A DNA stretch of 61,684 nt, filler included. It is 13 parts of 13 records of this genome, joined end to end, with 100 filler letters (N's around TTAATTAATTAA, not from the genome) between each part and the next. Parts side by side here need not be neighbours in the genome. Positions count along the whole stretch, not along the records: positions 22,503 to 26,226 come from SRR15195285_10268; positions 26,327 to 30,548 come from SRR15195285_10288; positions 30,649 to 33,933 come from SRR15195285_10292; positions 34,034 to 37,847 come from SRR15195285_10295; 9 more parts are not named here. One strand, written 5' to 3'. Made by a program: the position numbers and the translations under genes. This document shows, in pieces, positions 22,614 to 34,697 of this stretch. The notes beneath the pieces are model-generated. The model made no database searches. It was not told the DNA's origin and worked only from the letters and a program-made list of their open reading frames with translations. Position 1 is the first letter of the stretch, and each line of letters starts with the position of its first letter.

Positions 22614-25600
22614 ATGGACGAGGAGGGGCGGCTGGGCGCGCTGCTCAAGCTGCCCGCCGCCTCGCTCGCTGCCGACGGGCTGAGCGGTGCGGTGCGCTCG
22701 GAGCTGGAAGGGCTGGGTCTGGCTGGGCGGCTGGGCTGGCTGTCGGAGGCGCAGGGGAGGCTGACGGCGGACAGCAAGGCGAACAGGGACCACGCGAGGG
22801 AGAACAAGCGCTGCACGGCGGAGGTGCTCGCGCCGCCGCTTACGGAGGCGGCGAGGGCTGGCACTGGGGAGTGGGGGGCGGCGCTGTGCGCAGCCTGCAC
22901 GGCGAGCCCCGGGGCGTGCGCGCCGGCGGCGCTGCTGGACGCTGTGCTGACACCGCTCAGCGAGGCAGAGCGATGGGCAGCGGTCAAGCCTGCGTTCGTG
23001 GACGTCATGACAAAGCTGCGCGCCGCCACGTTCATCAGCTCCGAACCGAAGCTCACGTCGGTGATGCGCATCGCGTGCAACCTGTGCAGCTCAGCTGTCG
23101 CTGCCGGAGCCTACGCAGCGTACGCGGCGGGGGCAAACGAGTGGGTGCCGGCTGCCGTGCAGATCCCCGTGTGGCAGGGCGGCCAGGGCCAGACGTTGCC
23201 GCGAGGCAAGGCGCTGGAGGAGACGGGAATCCTGGGCACCATGTTTGGCCAGGGTTGCATTCCCGACGTGGTGCGCAAGCTCCACACTCAGGAGCACGGC
23301 GCCAATCCAATGGCACCGTTCGCTACGGGGGAGGTCGGCGAGTACTTCTTCCCTGATCCGAACAGCCTCGCGCGGCAGCGTAGCCAGCAGGCAGCGGAGA
23401 GCGAGGTCGAGATGATCGGCGCGTCACTACGTGAGGTGCAGCAGGAGCAGGTGCGGCTGATCAAAGCGATGCTGCGCAAGGACACTCCAACGCGGGAGCC
23501 AGTGCTAGATTGGCTTTGCGCGGCGGTCGAGGTGAACACAACAAGAGGCAAGGAGTACATGAGCCACCGTTTCGACAGCTCAGACAACTTCATGCTCAAC
23601 CTCGCGTACACGTTGCTGCGGCTGACAGAACCGCTTACGAAGGACGAGTCGAAAGTAGCGTCGATCAATCCGCTGTACGCACTGTCCGCGAAGCGCTACT
23701 TGGCGCCTCCCAATCGTGAAGGCAAGACCAATCTCAGTACTTACGACGACGAGACCAAGTTTGCTCTCGAGTCAGACGCTCTTGACTCCTGGGTAGACAA
23801 ACGCAACCTTGCTCGGATCCAGGCCTTCGATGCGTTGCGGATGGCGCGCGACGCGCAGGCCGAGGTTGCGCGTGCAGAAGAGGACGGAATGGAAGTTGAG
23901 CAGCTGGACAAGGACGAGCTGGCGATGGCGATCCAGATGTCGCTTGAGTCAGACGATGGTGTCGAATCCGATGCAAAGGGGTTCAACTTCGCCACTGAAG
24001 CTTTCTTTATGACAGCGCGTGCGCTGCACCACGGTCTGATTCCGACTCTCAAGGTTTCTGTGAACCGCAATGTCCAGCACGGAGCAGGGACCTACACGCT
24101 GATTCGGCAAGAGCTCTCTCGCGTGTACCAGTTAAGCCAGGCCGCCCAGGCAAGCGGCGGAGCGCAGGGTGAACAATTTGAGAGGGCGATGGCACACTTC
24201 GGGCAGCTGATGGCTTGCAAGCATCTTTTCGATGCTGGCATGCTTGAGACAGGACTTCTGTCTCTCGCGATGTCGTTTTACGGCCTGATGGCACGCTTTC
24301 TGACGCGGATGGCAACAGGCCATGGAGCAGACGAGGTTGCAACCGTGGCCCTGCCGCTGCCAGTCCCTCCGCCTATGGAGTTCGCGGCGCTGCCTGAACA
24401 CTTCGCCGAGGACCTGTGTGAGTTCTTGTTACTCGTGCAGGAGCTCAAGCCCGAGCTGCTGGAGCAGACATCAGACGCCGAGATCCAGTGCGTGCTCTCG
24501 TTGGTGGTTGCGCTGCTGGCATCGCCCGGGTATGTGCGCAACCCGTACCTACGCTGCAAGTTTGTTGCGGTGCTGCATTCTCTACTGCCGAAGGATGAAG
24601 AGGATCTCCAGCGTCAGCGGAGTCGCACATTTGCACAAGATATGTCCGGCCAGCTCCTCACCAACCCGATATGCCAACATCATCTAGTTCGTTCGCTGCT
24701 GCAGGTGTACGTCGACATTGAGAACACTGGCAGTCACAATCAATTTCATGAAAAGTTTCAGCCGCGCGAACATATCTACGGGTTGCTCGCGCACCTCTGC
24801 GATACCACGGCACTAGCGGGTGCAGGTGGTGCAGCTGGTGCACCAGTGACGGAAGGCTACCCTGCCAGTTTGATCGCCTTCCTAGGCACAGCGAACTACA
24901 GCGGCGCAGACAACACGGCTGCAAAGTTCATTTCACTGCTGCTCAACGATACCATCTTCGTCTTTGAAGATGCAATGCTGAAACTCAAGAAGATCAAGGA
25001 GTTAGAGACAGAAGAGGACAGCTGGGAAGCGCTGGCGGAAGAAGAACGCGAAGCGAAAAAAAAGGAGATCGAGCAGGAGCGTGGGATTTGCCGTTACCAC
25101 CTGAAGCAGGTGGACAAGACGCTGCACTTTCTCGGCTACGTGACGGCGCATGCAGCTGGGGTTACGCCTTTTGTGGCGCCAGAAATGGTTGACAGAATGG
25201 CAGGTATGGTCAACGCATTCGTCGGTCAATTAGTGGGTAGCAAGGCATCGGAGCTCAAGGTGGCAAAGAAAGAAGCGCTGCCAGAGTGGCAGCCGCGGGA
25301 ACTACTGGTCAAGGTGCTGCGCCTGTGTACACAGCTGCATGCCCACGCCCCCGACGATACTACAGCCGAGAAGTACGTTTCGGCCATCGTGAGCGACGGG
25401 CGCTATAGTGCGCAGGTCTACCGTAAGGCGTCAACAGTACTGGTGAAGCTAGTAGGCGCTGGCGATCCGGTGCTTGCTGGCTTCACTGCCTTCACGGCCA
25501 CACACGAAGCCGCATCTGCCGCGGAGATTGACCTTGATGCGGAAGTGAGTTTGATCGCAGTCAGCGCCGCACATCTTGAATGTCCTTAGTCCTGGCCGTG

Positions 25601-25965
25601 TCGAAATTATTTCTGGTCACGCCTGCACAATCGCTTTGTATTGTACCGTAGGATGTGCCGGACGAATTCCTCGACCCGATCATGGCGACATTAATGGAAG
25701 ACCCTGTGACTCTTCCTTGCGGCAATGTCATGGAACGCTCTGTCATCCAGCGAATGCTCCTCGACACTGGACTGAAGTGAGTGAAACACTTGTTGCCCAG
25801 CACTCACTGCGTATTCCGTTTGTTTGCTGCTCACGTGGCTAACAGACTACCGCGCACGATTCTGCCTGATGCAGTCCGTTCAGCCGCGCACCGTTGACGG
25901 CGGAAGAACTAGTGCCGCACGACGAACTAAGAGCTAAAATTGCAGCTTGGAAAAGCACCCGGTGA
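22614..25965 (+). CDS. UFD2: Ubiquitin conjugation factor E4 (UFD2/UBE4), U-box; probably 5'-partial
   Basis: Ufd2P-core motifs ([52 protein letters not shown]). Introns 25545-25651 and 25777-25874 complete the U-box [22 protein letters not shown]...NPFSRAPLT...ELRAKIAAW. Confidence 0.93.
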
Positions 25966-25973
25966 CGAACCAA

Positions 25974-26226
25974 CTACAGATTCCATTTTTCGTTCTCGAC
26001 TTCTGAATCTTGCTGCTCTAGTCTGACCTGCGACTCCGTCTCCGGGTCCTGGCCTTGCGCATAATCCTGTTTCATAGCATCAGACTCTTTCCCCTCAGTC
26101 TCCGCCTCCCCCTCCGGCTTCGTTTCAGATTCGGACTGATGCTCCGATTCCGGACTTTGTCCCTGCTCTATCTCTGGTTCCGTCTCCAGATTCGGATCCA
26201 GCTCTGGCTCTGGCTCTGGCTCTGGC
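25974..26226 (-). CDS. 3' end of an acidic protein with a (PE)n repeat
   Basis: Open frame from the contig edge: PEPEPEPELDPNLETEPE...VENEKWNL*, with the TAG ending at 25974. Confidence 0.55.
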
Positions 26227-26326
26227 NNNNNNNNNNNNNNNNNNNNNNNNNNNNNNNNNNNNNNNNNNNNTTAATTAATTAANNNNNNNNNNNNNNNNNN
26301 NNNNNNNNNNNNNNNNNNNNNNNNNN
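26227..26326. other. Artificial contig spacer
   Basis: N44-TTAATTAATTAA-N44. Confidence 0.99.
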
Positions 26327-26937
26327 CAGTGAAAATGAGACACCCCCAAACATGCGCAATCATAGCAATATCGAATACCGGCTCGGCCTCCGTGAATCGG
26401 GTCGGCGGCCGCAAGTCGATGCTGGATGGGACTCACCGGTCGCCACGACGGAGTACGATTCTCAGTACACCCTGAGTTCGCAGCCGCCAACGTAACCGGG
26501 CACTCCAGAATGGTACAGTTTTCCAGTACAGACTGCGGAAATGATGGAAATGAATATAGCCCGGCGCTTGATTTAGGGGGAATGAGAATCGACGGCGTTG
26601 GCCTTGGGGCTGAAGATGATGGAGCTGAAGATGATGGTGATGGTGAGCTGTGGCACCACGTGTACTGTATGCAGTATGTAGTACTATCTACTAGTGATCT
26701 ACTAGTAGTCTGTAGTGCTATCAAGCTGGCACACCACCCAGAAGCGCCCAGGAGCGGGGCGGCAGCGGCCTTACGCTTGCCAGGACTGGCTGAGCTTAGT
26801 CGCTCCACAACGATACGGGGAGGTTTGGTGTGTGGCTGTCGCCCGGGAGCTCTCATACACTGTGGTTTGACGACGCCGCGGAGACTGCGGGACGGATCAG
26901 CTGGTTGATCGGTGTGATATAGTCCGATCGGTGTGGC

Positions 26938-28818
26938 ATGAGGGCGCTGCTCAGTGGTGGTGGTGGTGGTGCTGCTCGGAGAGTGGTGCGAGTGGTGCGT
27001 CCTGTGGCCACCTCGCAGCAGCTGCTGCTCCTGCGTGGCTACAGGGCGACGGCGCCGTGCAGCGGGGGAGGCAGTCGGAACGCGCCGCGGCGCAGTCGCC
27101 CTGCATTCGACAGCACGTTTGGTGTCGAGGCGCGGCTTTCGCCGAAGCAGCTGGATGAAGTGGACTACTTTCGAGCATGCGCCGCGAGGCAGCGCAGTCG
27201 GCGTGCGCAGCGGCGGGATGGCAAACGGCAGAGGATGTCAGACAGCGACATCCGCCGCTTCACGAAGATGCTGTACGGCAGCTCGGCAGAAGCTGGTGTG
27301 AACTTCGCGGATTACGACGACGTGCCTGTCGAGCTGAAGAGCGCTCCGCAGGGCGTTGAGCCACTCGCCACGTTCCAAGACATCGACTCGCTGCCGCCGT
27401 ACCTGGCTCTCAACATCGAGCGATGCAAGTACGCCACGCCCACTCCGGTGCAGAAGCACGCCGTCCCACTCGGGCTGCAGGGCCACGACGTCATGTGCTG
27501 CTCCCAGACAGGCAGCGGCAAGACGGCCGCCTTCCTACTGCCTGCCGTGTCTAACCTAAGCACCAACCCGGATGTGGATGGGTTTGACGAAGACGCGGGC
27601 ATGGCCGCGCCTCGGGTGGTAGTCCTGGCTCCGACACGAGAGCTTGCGCAACAAACGCAGCTGGAAGTCCAGAAGCTTTGCTTCCAGGGGCCGCTGCGTT
27701 CGGTGGAGCTATGTACGCCCCCCATGGTGACCTTGTCAGCATTTCTGTCGTGTGCCTGCCTAGTCTGACACCTCGCCGTTATTTCTTGGCAGACGGTGGC
27801 GCCAGAGCTCGCCCGCAGCTACAACAGCTCTCGCTTGGTACTGAGATTGTCGTCGCTACGCCCGGTCGGCTCACTGACTTCGTCCAGCGCGGTGTCATCA
27901 CGATGAAGCACGTCAACTACCTGGTGCTTGACGAGGCAGATCGAATGTTAGATATGGGATTCGAGCCGCAGGTGCGCGAGATCGTGGAGGAAAGCGGGAT
28001 GAAGACATCTGAGGAGGGCCGGCAGTCGATGCTTTTTTCTGCCACGTTCCCGCCATCAATGCGGCGCCTAGCAGCGGACTTTACGAATCGGTATGTCTGG
28101 CTCAGCATAGGGCGTGTAGGTTCCGCGACCACCAATATCACACAGGCCGTGGAACCGGTTGAAAGCGTAGCAGAGAAGTTCAAGGCGCTAGAAAGCGCTT
28201 TGGAAAGAGTCGACGGCCAGACGATAATCTTCGTGCGTAGCTCTGCTGCTCCCATCTGAATTGCTTGTTTTTTTTTTCAGCTTGCAGAATTCCGCGACTG
28301 AATCTACATGCGCGGTGTGCGATGTGCAACAGGTCAACACAAAGAGGTCAGCCGACTGGCTGCAAGACAAATTGTGGGAACTATCCGGTGTCCGGGCGGC
28401 GCCAATCCACGGCGACCTCTCACAGGCAGTTCGAGAGCGAGCTTTGGGGCAGTTCCGAAACGGAAAGGTTAGGGTGCTCATTGGGACTGACGTAGCGGCA
28501 CGCGGTCTGGATGTATCCAACATAGCCCACGTGATCAACTTTGACTTGCCAACCCAAATCGACGACTACATTCATCGAATCGGTCGTACAGGTCGCGCGG
28601 GCAATACTGGTTATGCAACATCTTTCTTCGACGTCACCGGCAAGAAAAATGGGGATCTGGGCATCGGTGCAGAACTTCGGAAGGCAATTCGCGAAAGTGG
28701 CGGCGAAAGCCCTGATTGGCTCAATGAGCTGCTTGATAGGAGACAGCAACGGGGCCGCCGTGGAGGTGGGAGACCGCAGCGGCGGCCGCAGCAGCAGCGG
28801 GGACGCCGACGGTACTGA
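26938..28818 (+). CDS. DEAD-box RNA helicase, Ded1/DDX3-like, with a possible mitochondrial presequence
   Basis: Q motif (PTPVQ), [40 protein letters not shown] and the Ded1-like [13 protein letters not shown]. Introns 27713-27792 and 28233-28332. Arg-rich N-terminus lacking acidic residues. Confidence 0.93.
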
Positions 28819-28977
28819 TGATGTATGCACAGGTGTATATTTAAAATTTCAGTACCGACACCGCGTTGTCCTCACTCAATTTAGATGAAACGCTACGCCA
28901 CACCCTTTCAAGGCGCAAGTACGCATCGCAGGCCCTCTAACGAGGGCGTGAAGGCGCCCACCACCGCCGCCGTTGTT

Positions 28978-30091
28978 TTAGAATCGCGTGTCTAGCCCAA
29001 CACGGTTCCGAGTCCTGGCACCGAGACAAGCTGTGAGTAAACGGTCGAAACGCCGATAGCGATGCACGACATATGGCTGACTCACTGTGCAAGCGCGTTA
29101 TCCAGACTCCTCTGGAGCTGTCTCTTTTCCACCTCGAACGCCTCCGACTCCCGTACCCGTGTCTCAACCAGCTCCTGCCGCACACGCAAACGTTCCGCTA
29201 GCAGTGCCTCCTTGCGGGCAACTTCCTGCTTGAGCTCGTATTTTCGGGTCTCCTCACGCTCCACGGCAGCTGCCCGCCTTGCGTCTTGGCGCGCCTTTGT
29301 CTCACTGATCGCCTCCTGACGGCGTAACTGCTCAGCTGCTCTCTCTGCTGCCACTTTGCCCTTGTTTCTTGCGAGCTTTTTCTGCTTGGCGGCTACCGCT
29401 TCTGAGCGCAGCTTATAGCGCTCTTCCTTGGCACTGTTAGGCAGACACCAACAGCTCTACACGTATGAGAACCGAGCGCTTGCAAAGGTACGGACACCAG
29501 CATCAGCGGCACCCAAGCACATCCAGGGTTGTGCACATTGAATAATGGCACGAGTGCATTAGCTCACGTTGCGACTGCTCGCTGGCGATACTCGATGTTT
29601 TTAGCGAACGCATCAAACTTCTCACGACGCTCCTCGGCTGCGGCCTCACGGTCAGCTTCGATGTGCTGCTCCCTGGCGACCTCTTTGAATTCGAGCTGAG
29701 TCTTCGTCTTCCGGAACTGCTCCTCCCGTTCTGCGACCTTCTGCTCGACGTGCTCGTGGCCCTTCTTCCACGTCGCTAGCTGTGCAGCCACCGCTTGTTT
29801 GCGTTGTTCTGCTTCTGACTCAATCATCGCCACCGACCGAGCGAACCGGCGTTGCGAGCGCTCCTCCATACTAGCAAGCCGTCGCTGCTCGCCCTCGGCC
29901 ATTCTTTTCAGTGCGTCGAGTCGGCGCTGCGTCGCTTTGTCCGCTTTATCCAGCCTCTCTCGCGCCTCATCAATTTCTGTCGTCGACACCTGCCCCGGCT
30001 TGCTCGCTCGTGTCACGCTGTGCGACTTGAGCTTCACCAGTGCCTGCGCCTTCTCCTCGCGCGAGAGTGTCGGCCCAAGCTCCAGCACCAT
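28978..30091 (-). CDS. Coiled-coil protein of unknown function (302 aa)
   Basis: E/K/R/A/Q-rich helical ORFs 29564..30091 and 29082..29354 joined by introns 29567-29434 and 29085-29015. Confidence 0.7.
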
Positions 30092-30548
30092 CCCACCAGC
30101 CGTGACGCTCAGGACCAGTGTCCAGCCAAGTCAGCTCCACAGCTAGGAGGCACCCGCTCAGCTTCCCACTCGAGAGGCGCTCCCAAATCTCGACGCTTCG
30201 TGTAGACGAACCAATGCAGCAGAGCGCAGGAAGAGTGCGCAGGGCGGTCCCGGCTACGATGAGTGCGCAGGAACGGTGCTGGCTTCGCAGCCCTGCATCG
30301 CTCCCATCACGCTCCCCCGCCCACCGGCGTGGCTGATGAGGCGGGCCCGCGCGCGCGCTCGATTCATTTACCATTCATCGATTGAGCGTGCGTCTGCGTT
30401 CGATCCGATTCCGGCGGTTCAACGAAACGCATCCGGAGATGCGCGTGCTCACAATCTTGCTCGCCGGTCCGTCAAGACCATGCAGTAGGAAAATCCTCTA
30501 CCAACTCATGAACAACCGTGTCTCAGAGACAGTTTTCACACGGAAGTG

Positions 30549-30648
30549 NNNNNNNNNNNNNNNNNNNNNNNNNNNNNNNNNNNNNNNNNNNNTTAATTAA
30601 TTAANNNNNNNNNNNNNNNNNNNNNNNNNNNNNNNNNNNNNNNNNNNN
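30549..30648. other. Artificial contig spacer
   Basis: N44-TTAATTAATTAA-N44. Confidence 0.99.
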
Positions 30649-30802
30649 CTGAAAATCACATTTAGCGGACGGCCCTAATAAACACATGAACATGCATGCA
30701 TGCTGTGGCAATCTAGCTAGGCACGCACTCGCTCCAACTTCGTTCTATTCGTCTATGATAGTTTTGGTGACATAACCCTGCTGGAAGCGACTAAGCCACC
30801 AC

Positions 30803-33560
30803 ATGGTCGCCGTCGCCCTCTCCCTCGCCCTCGCCGGGGCGGCCGCTGCACTTCCGCCCCCTCAGCACGAACCGACCTCGTCACAGCCGTCCACCGTGGA
30901 GACCACGGCTGCGAACTGGTGGCACTATCCGTACTCGCTGTGCCACGCCCCGCCGGCGCCCGGCGGGTACATCTCCACGCCTGCTGGCCTGCCACCGCTG
31001 ACCGAGTGCCCGAGCACTGAGGGCCAGCTCGGACTGTACCCGCTCTCGTCGCAGTGCGTCGCCAAGTGGAAGGCGGCGTGCGAGGCGACACCCAACTGCG
31101 GCGGCTTCCACAGTGGGCGCGGCTTTTTCAATTCCACGGTCTGCCTGGCCAACGGTGGGCTGCTCATGTCGCGAGAAGAGGAGACGATCGACATGTACTT
31201 GCTAGGAGACTCCCCTGTTCAGCCTACGCTCTTCTCGCCGGTCTGGCCAGCACCATGGAAGATAGAGCTTGGGCGTGTGCGGCGGGATTTCTCCCCGAAC
31301 TTTGCCCTGCAGCTCGACGCAAGATGCAGTGGGAGCGACGGTGGTGGTGGCCCCGTGCTCAGCGCGGCTATGGCACGGTACCAGGCCTTTTTGCGCCCGC
31401 AGCGTGCAATGGCGAGCAGTCAGCGCCAGAGTCACAACATGCTAGCGTCTGTCTCTGTGTGCGTGCAGACGATGGACGAGTCACTCGGACCGGCCACTGC
31501 GGCGGACTACGAGCTGGCTATCCCTGTTGACGGCAGCGCTTCGATCAACGCCACAACGGTCTTCGGGGCGCTCCACGCGCTCGAGACGCTGACGCAGCTG
31601 TGCGGCCTCGACTCCGCCGATCCACACCGTGTGGGTGGTTCGCCATACAACTACACTGGCTTGGCTTGGATCGGTTTGGCCCCTGTGACAGTGGTGGACT
31701 CTCCCCGCTTCAGCCACCGCGGCTTGATGATTGACACAGGCCGTCGCTTTCTGCCGATCAAGACGATCGAAACGATCGTCGACGGCCTTGCTATGGCCAA
31801 GCTCAATGTTCTCCATTGGCACATCAGCGATAGTCAAAGCTTTCCGTCCGAGTCGGTGCGCTTCCCGGGCTTGGCAGCAGCGGGCGCGTACCATCCCTCC
31901 GCCGTGTACTCTGTGGAGGCAATGCGTGGCCTCGTGCAGTACGCTCTCCACCGCGGGGTCCGCGTCATTCCAGAGTGGGATCTTCCCGGCCACGGTCGGT
32001 GGCGTGGCGTGCCGGGATTGCCTATCGGCTGCGCTGCAACGAAGGCGGGGCTGTTTGGGCAGGTGCTCGACCCCACACAAAACGCCACATACGAGTTCCT
32101 GGCTGCGTTCCTCGGAGAAATGGGTGAGATCTCCGTACTTGAAGCCTGCGTTTCCCACCGTTATTTTTTCTCTGGCTTTTCTGCCGGTTAAGAAATGTCC
32201 CAGATCTAAAAATCGCATATTGTTTTCACGCGCATATGCATGGAAAATATATTTTTTTCTGTTGACTGATAATCATGTACAATGTCATGTACATGATTAT
32301 CAGTCATTACATGATTCATCATAATGTCATCAATGTCATCATAATGTCATGTACATGATTCATCATAAGCATGTAATGTCTGAATCGACAGACCTATCGC
32401 TTAACAGGCACTGACAGTACCGGTGTGTTAGGAGGGCCTAACACAGGCCCCTGTAACTAAAGCCTGCGTTTGTTACACAGGTGTGATATTCACGGACCCG
32501 TACTTGTTCCTTGGCGGAGACGAGGTGGGGCCGTCCTGCTTTGCGCAGGACCCGGCCATGGCGAGTTGGATGAAGGAGCACAACATGAATGGCTCGCAGC
32601 TTCTCCACTATTTCTTCCAACAGTTTGGCAAGCAGGTGGCGCCGCTTTTGCCAAACAAGAGCTTCGTGATTTGGGAGGCAGACCCGATTCCGGTCGCTAT
32701 CGCCAGCTTGCCCCCGCGCTCGATCGTCGACCCCTTCCAAAGTCCGGCCACCGCCGACGCGTTTGTCGAGGCAGGTTTGCCCGTCATATTGTCGTCGGCG
32801 GGCCTCCACTGGTGCCTTCCTCCGGCTAACAAGTGTCTGCACCTGTACAATTGTGCAGTCTGTATTTACTGAGATTTACCATATTTCCGAGTTGTGCAGC
32901 AGAACTAAGTCGTGTCACGTATCGATCGGAGCAGGTATCTGGATGGGGAATGCGCAGGCTACAACCATCAAGCGTGGATGTGCACCTACTGGGGTGCGCC
33001 AGGAACGGCCCAAGCTGCCGACCCAATCCGGCCGCAGTACACACCCACGCAGGCGAAGCTCGTGCTAGGAGGGGAGGTGAGCATGTGGGGTGACGACGTG
33101 AACGCAGACGTGATCGAGGCATTTGTCTGGCGCGGGGCTCTTGCGCTAGCTGAGAGGCTCTGGTCTGACCCAGCAAGACTTCGCGATCCACGGAAGAACA
33201 ACGCCCCGCAAGTCCGCCTTGCCCAGCTGGCATGCCGCATGCGGATGAGGTGCGTTCTGTAATTGAATCCATCGGATCCAAGACATGAAGTGCTTCGAGT
33301 AGACAGACTCGCTATTTTATAGTAAGGTACCGAGCTCTCTAATTGAAGGTTTGCGCAGGGGGGTCGCCGTCGGGCCGACGCAATTTGGCTGGTGCCCTGC
33401 AGACTCAATTCCGAACTCACCAGGCACAGAGGACAAGGGGCGAGGGCAAAGGGAGATTACAATGCTGCGGGAAGAGGTGGTGCGGCTACGAAAGCTGAAC
33501 ACAGAGCTGCTTCAATCCCAGGGCGCTACGCAGACCATCGGCCGGCTGAAAACGCCTTGA
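30803..33560 (+). CDS. Beta-N-acetylhexosaminidase (GH20)
   Basis: Signal peptide; DSPRFSHRGLMIDTGRRF, NVLHWHISDSQSFP, RGVRVIPEWDLPGH, catalytic LGGDE, WYLD, LGGEVSMW, AERLWS. Introns 32124-32480, 32812-32934 and 33250-33358. Confidence 0.93.
32269..32380. repeat. AT-rich degenerate tandem repeat in hexosaminidase intron 1
   Basis: Repeated AATGTCAT, GTACATGATT and CATCATAA units. Confidence 0.75.
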
Positions 33561-33933
33561 AAATTGATATTCAGCGTGAAATGAGTAATACGTACATACG
33601 TAAACTGATGTTCAATGTTCCCCTTCGGCTGTAAAGTCAAACTGTTCGGCGGCTGTTTGTTAGTCACGCGCTGCGTTTGTCCCATGTAAAGCTATACATC
33701 CCGATCGCCTGCTTGTACCCGTAATCTTCTTTGCCGCTGGCAGAATTCTCCGTTGTGTTCGCATACGACGCGTGATACACGCCACCGGCCGCCCACTTCC
33801 TGTGGCGGCATTATAAACCAGTGGTGTTGAAGTGTCAATAGTCCTCTAAGCTCTAAACCCACCTAGGACTAACGACAACATGCAACGAGAAACCCATACC
33901 CCTTTGAAACCCTCCTCCGGGCAAAGCCCATCA

Positions 33934-34033
33934 NNNNNNNNNNNNNNNNNNNNNNNNNNNNNNNNNNNNNNNNNNNNTTAATTAATTAANNNNNNNNNNN
34001 NNNNNNNNNNNNNNNNNNNNNNNNNNNNNNNNN
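33934..34033. other. Artificial contig spacer
   Basis: N44-TTAATTAATTAA-N44. Confidence 0.99.
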
Positions 34034-34697
34034 CACCCCTATTTCGGGAGGTTCGGACACTAAAATGCAGCAGCATTTTGTATACCGAGTAGGGATCCCT
34101 ATAATAAACGTATTTACCGGTTGGGGCGGGTACAACCTACAACTAAAAGCGATCCTCTTCGCGGGGACGCGACATCACTCCTGAACTTGGGTACGTGTGG
34201 TCTCGGTGGCGCGCTCCTGTCGTCGCGCGCGCGCCGCCGCCTTGAGGATTGACCAATTGAGGTGTCTATCGGTCAGGCCCTGCAATTCCGCACATGCAAT
34301 TTTTCATAGGACTCACTTCCATGATCGAATGAACAATTCTGGACAGCGACGGCGCGCCCGCGCGCCGTGCGGCGCGCCGCCGCCGCGCGCCGGGCGCGCT
34401 GCTGCTGCAGGTTGCGTGCAACCCTCTACCCTGCCGGCCTCGGTCTTGTGGCGCACCGTTAGTGCCACGGGCGGCCTACCCCCCTGCATCCCTGCCATTC
34501 GGTCCCCCAGTTCCAGCAGCTGCGCGCCGGTGAGGCAAGGAGGCTCCATACCAGGCTGTTACGCTGCACAGTATACCTGTAGGACTGCGCGCGAGGACGC
34601 GCCGGCGGCGCCCGGCCGCGTGCCCGGCGCGTGTGCAGAGTGAGCAGCCCGGTTCTTGCGAGTACTCTGTACCTGAAGAGCTCCGCTGATTACTGTC

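Noticed and set aside
26327-26930. ORFs 26275..26856 and 26426..26908 with a GCTGAAGATGATGG duplication
   Set aside because: Low-complexity translations overlapping the TpA-rich upstream tract; probably non-coding
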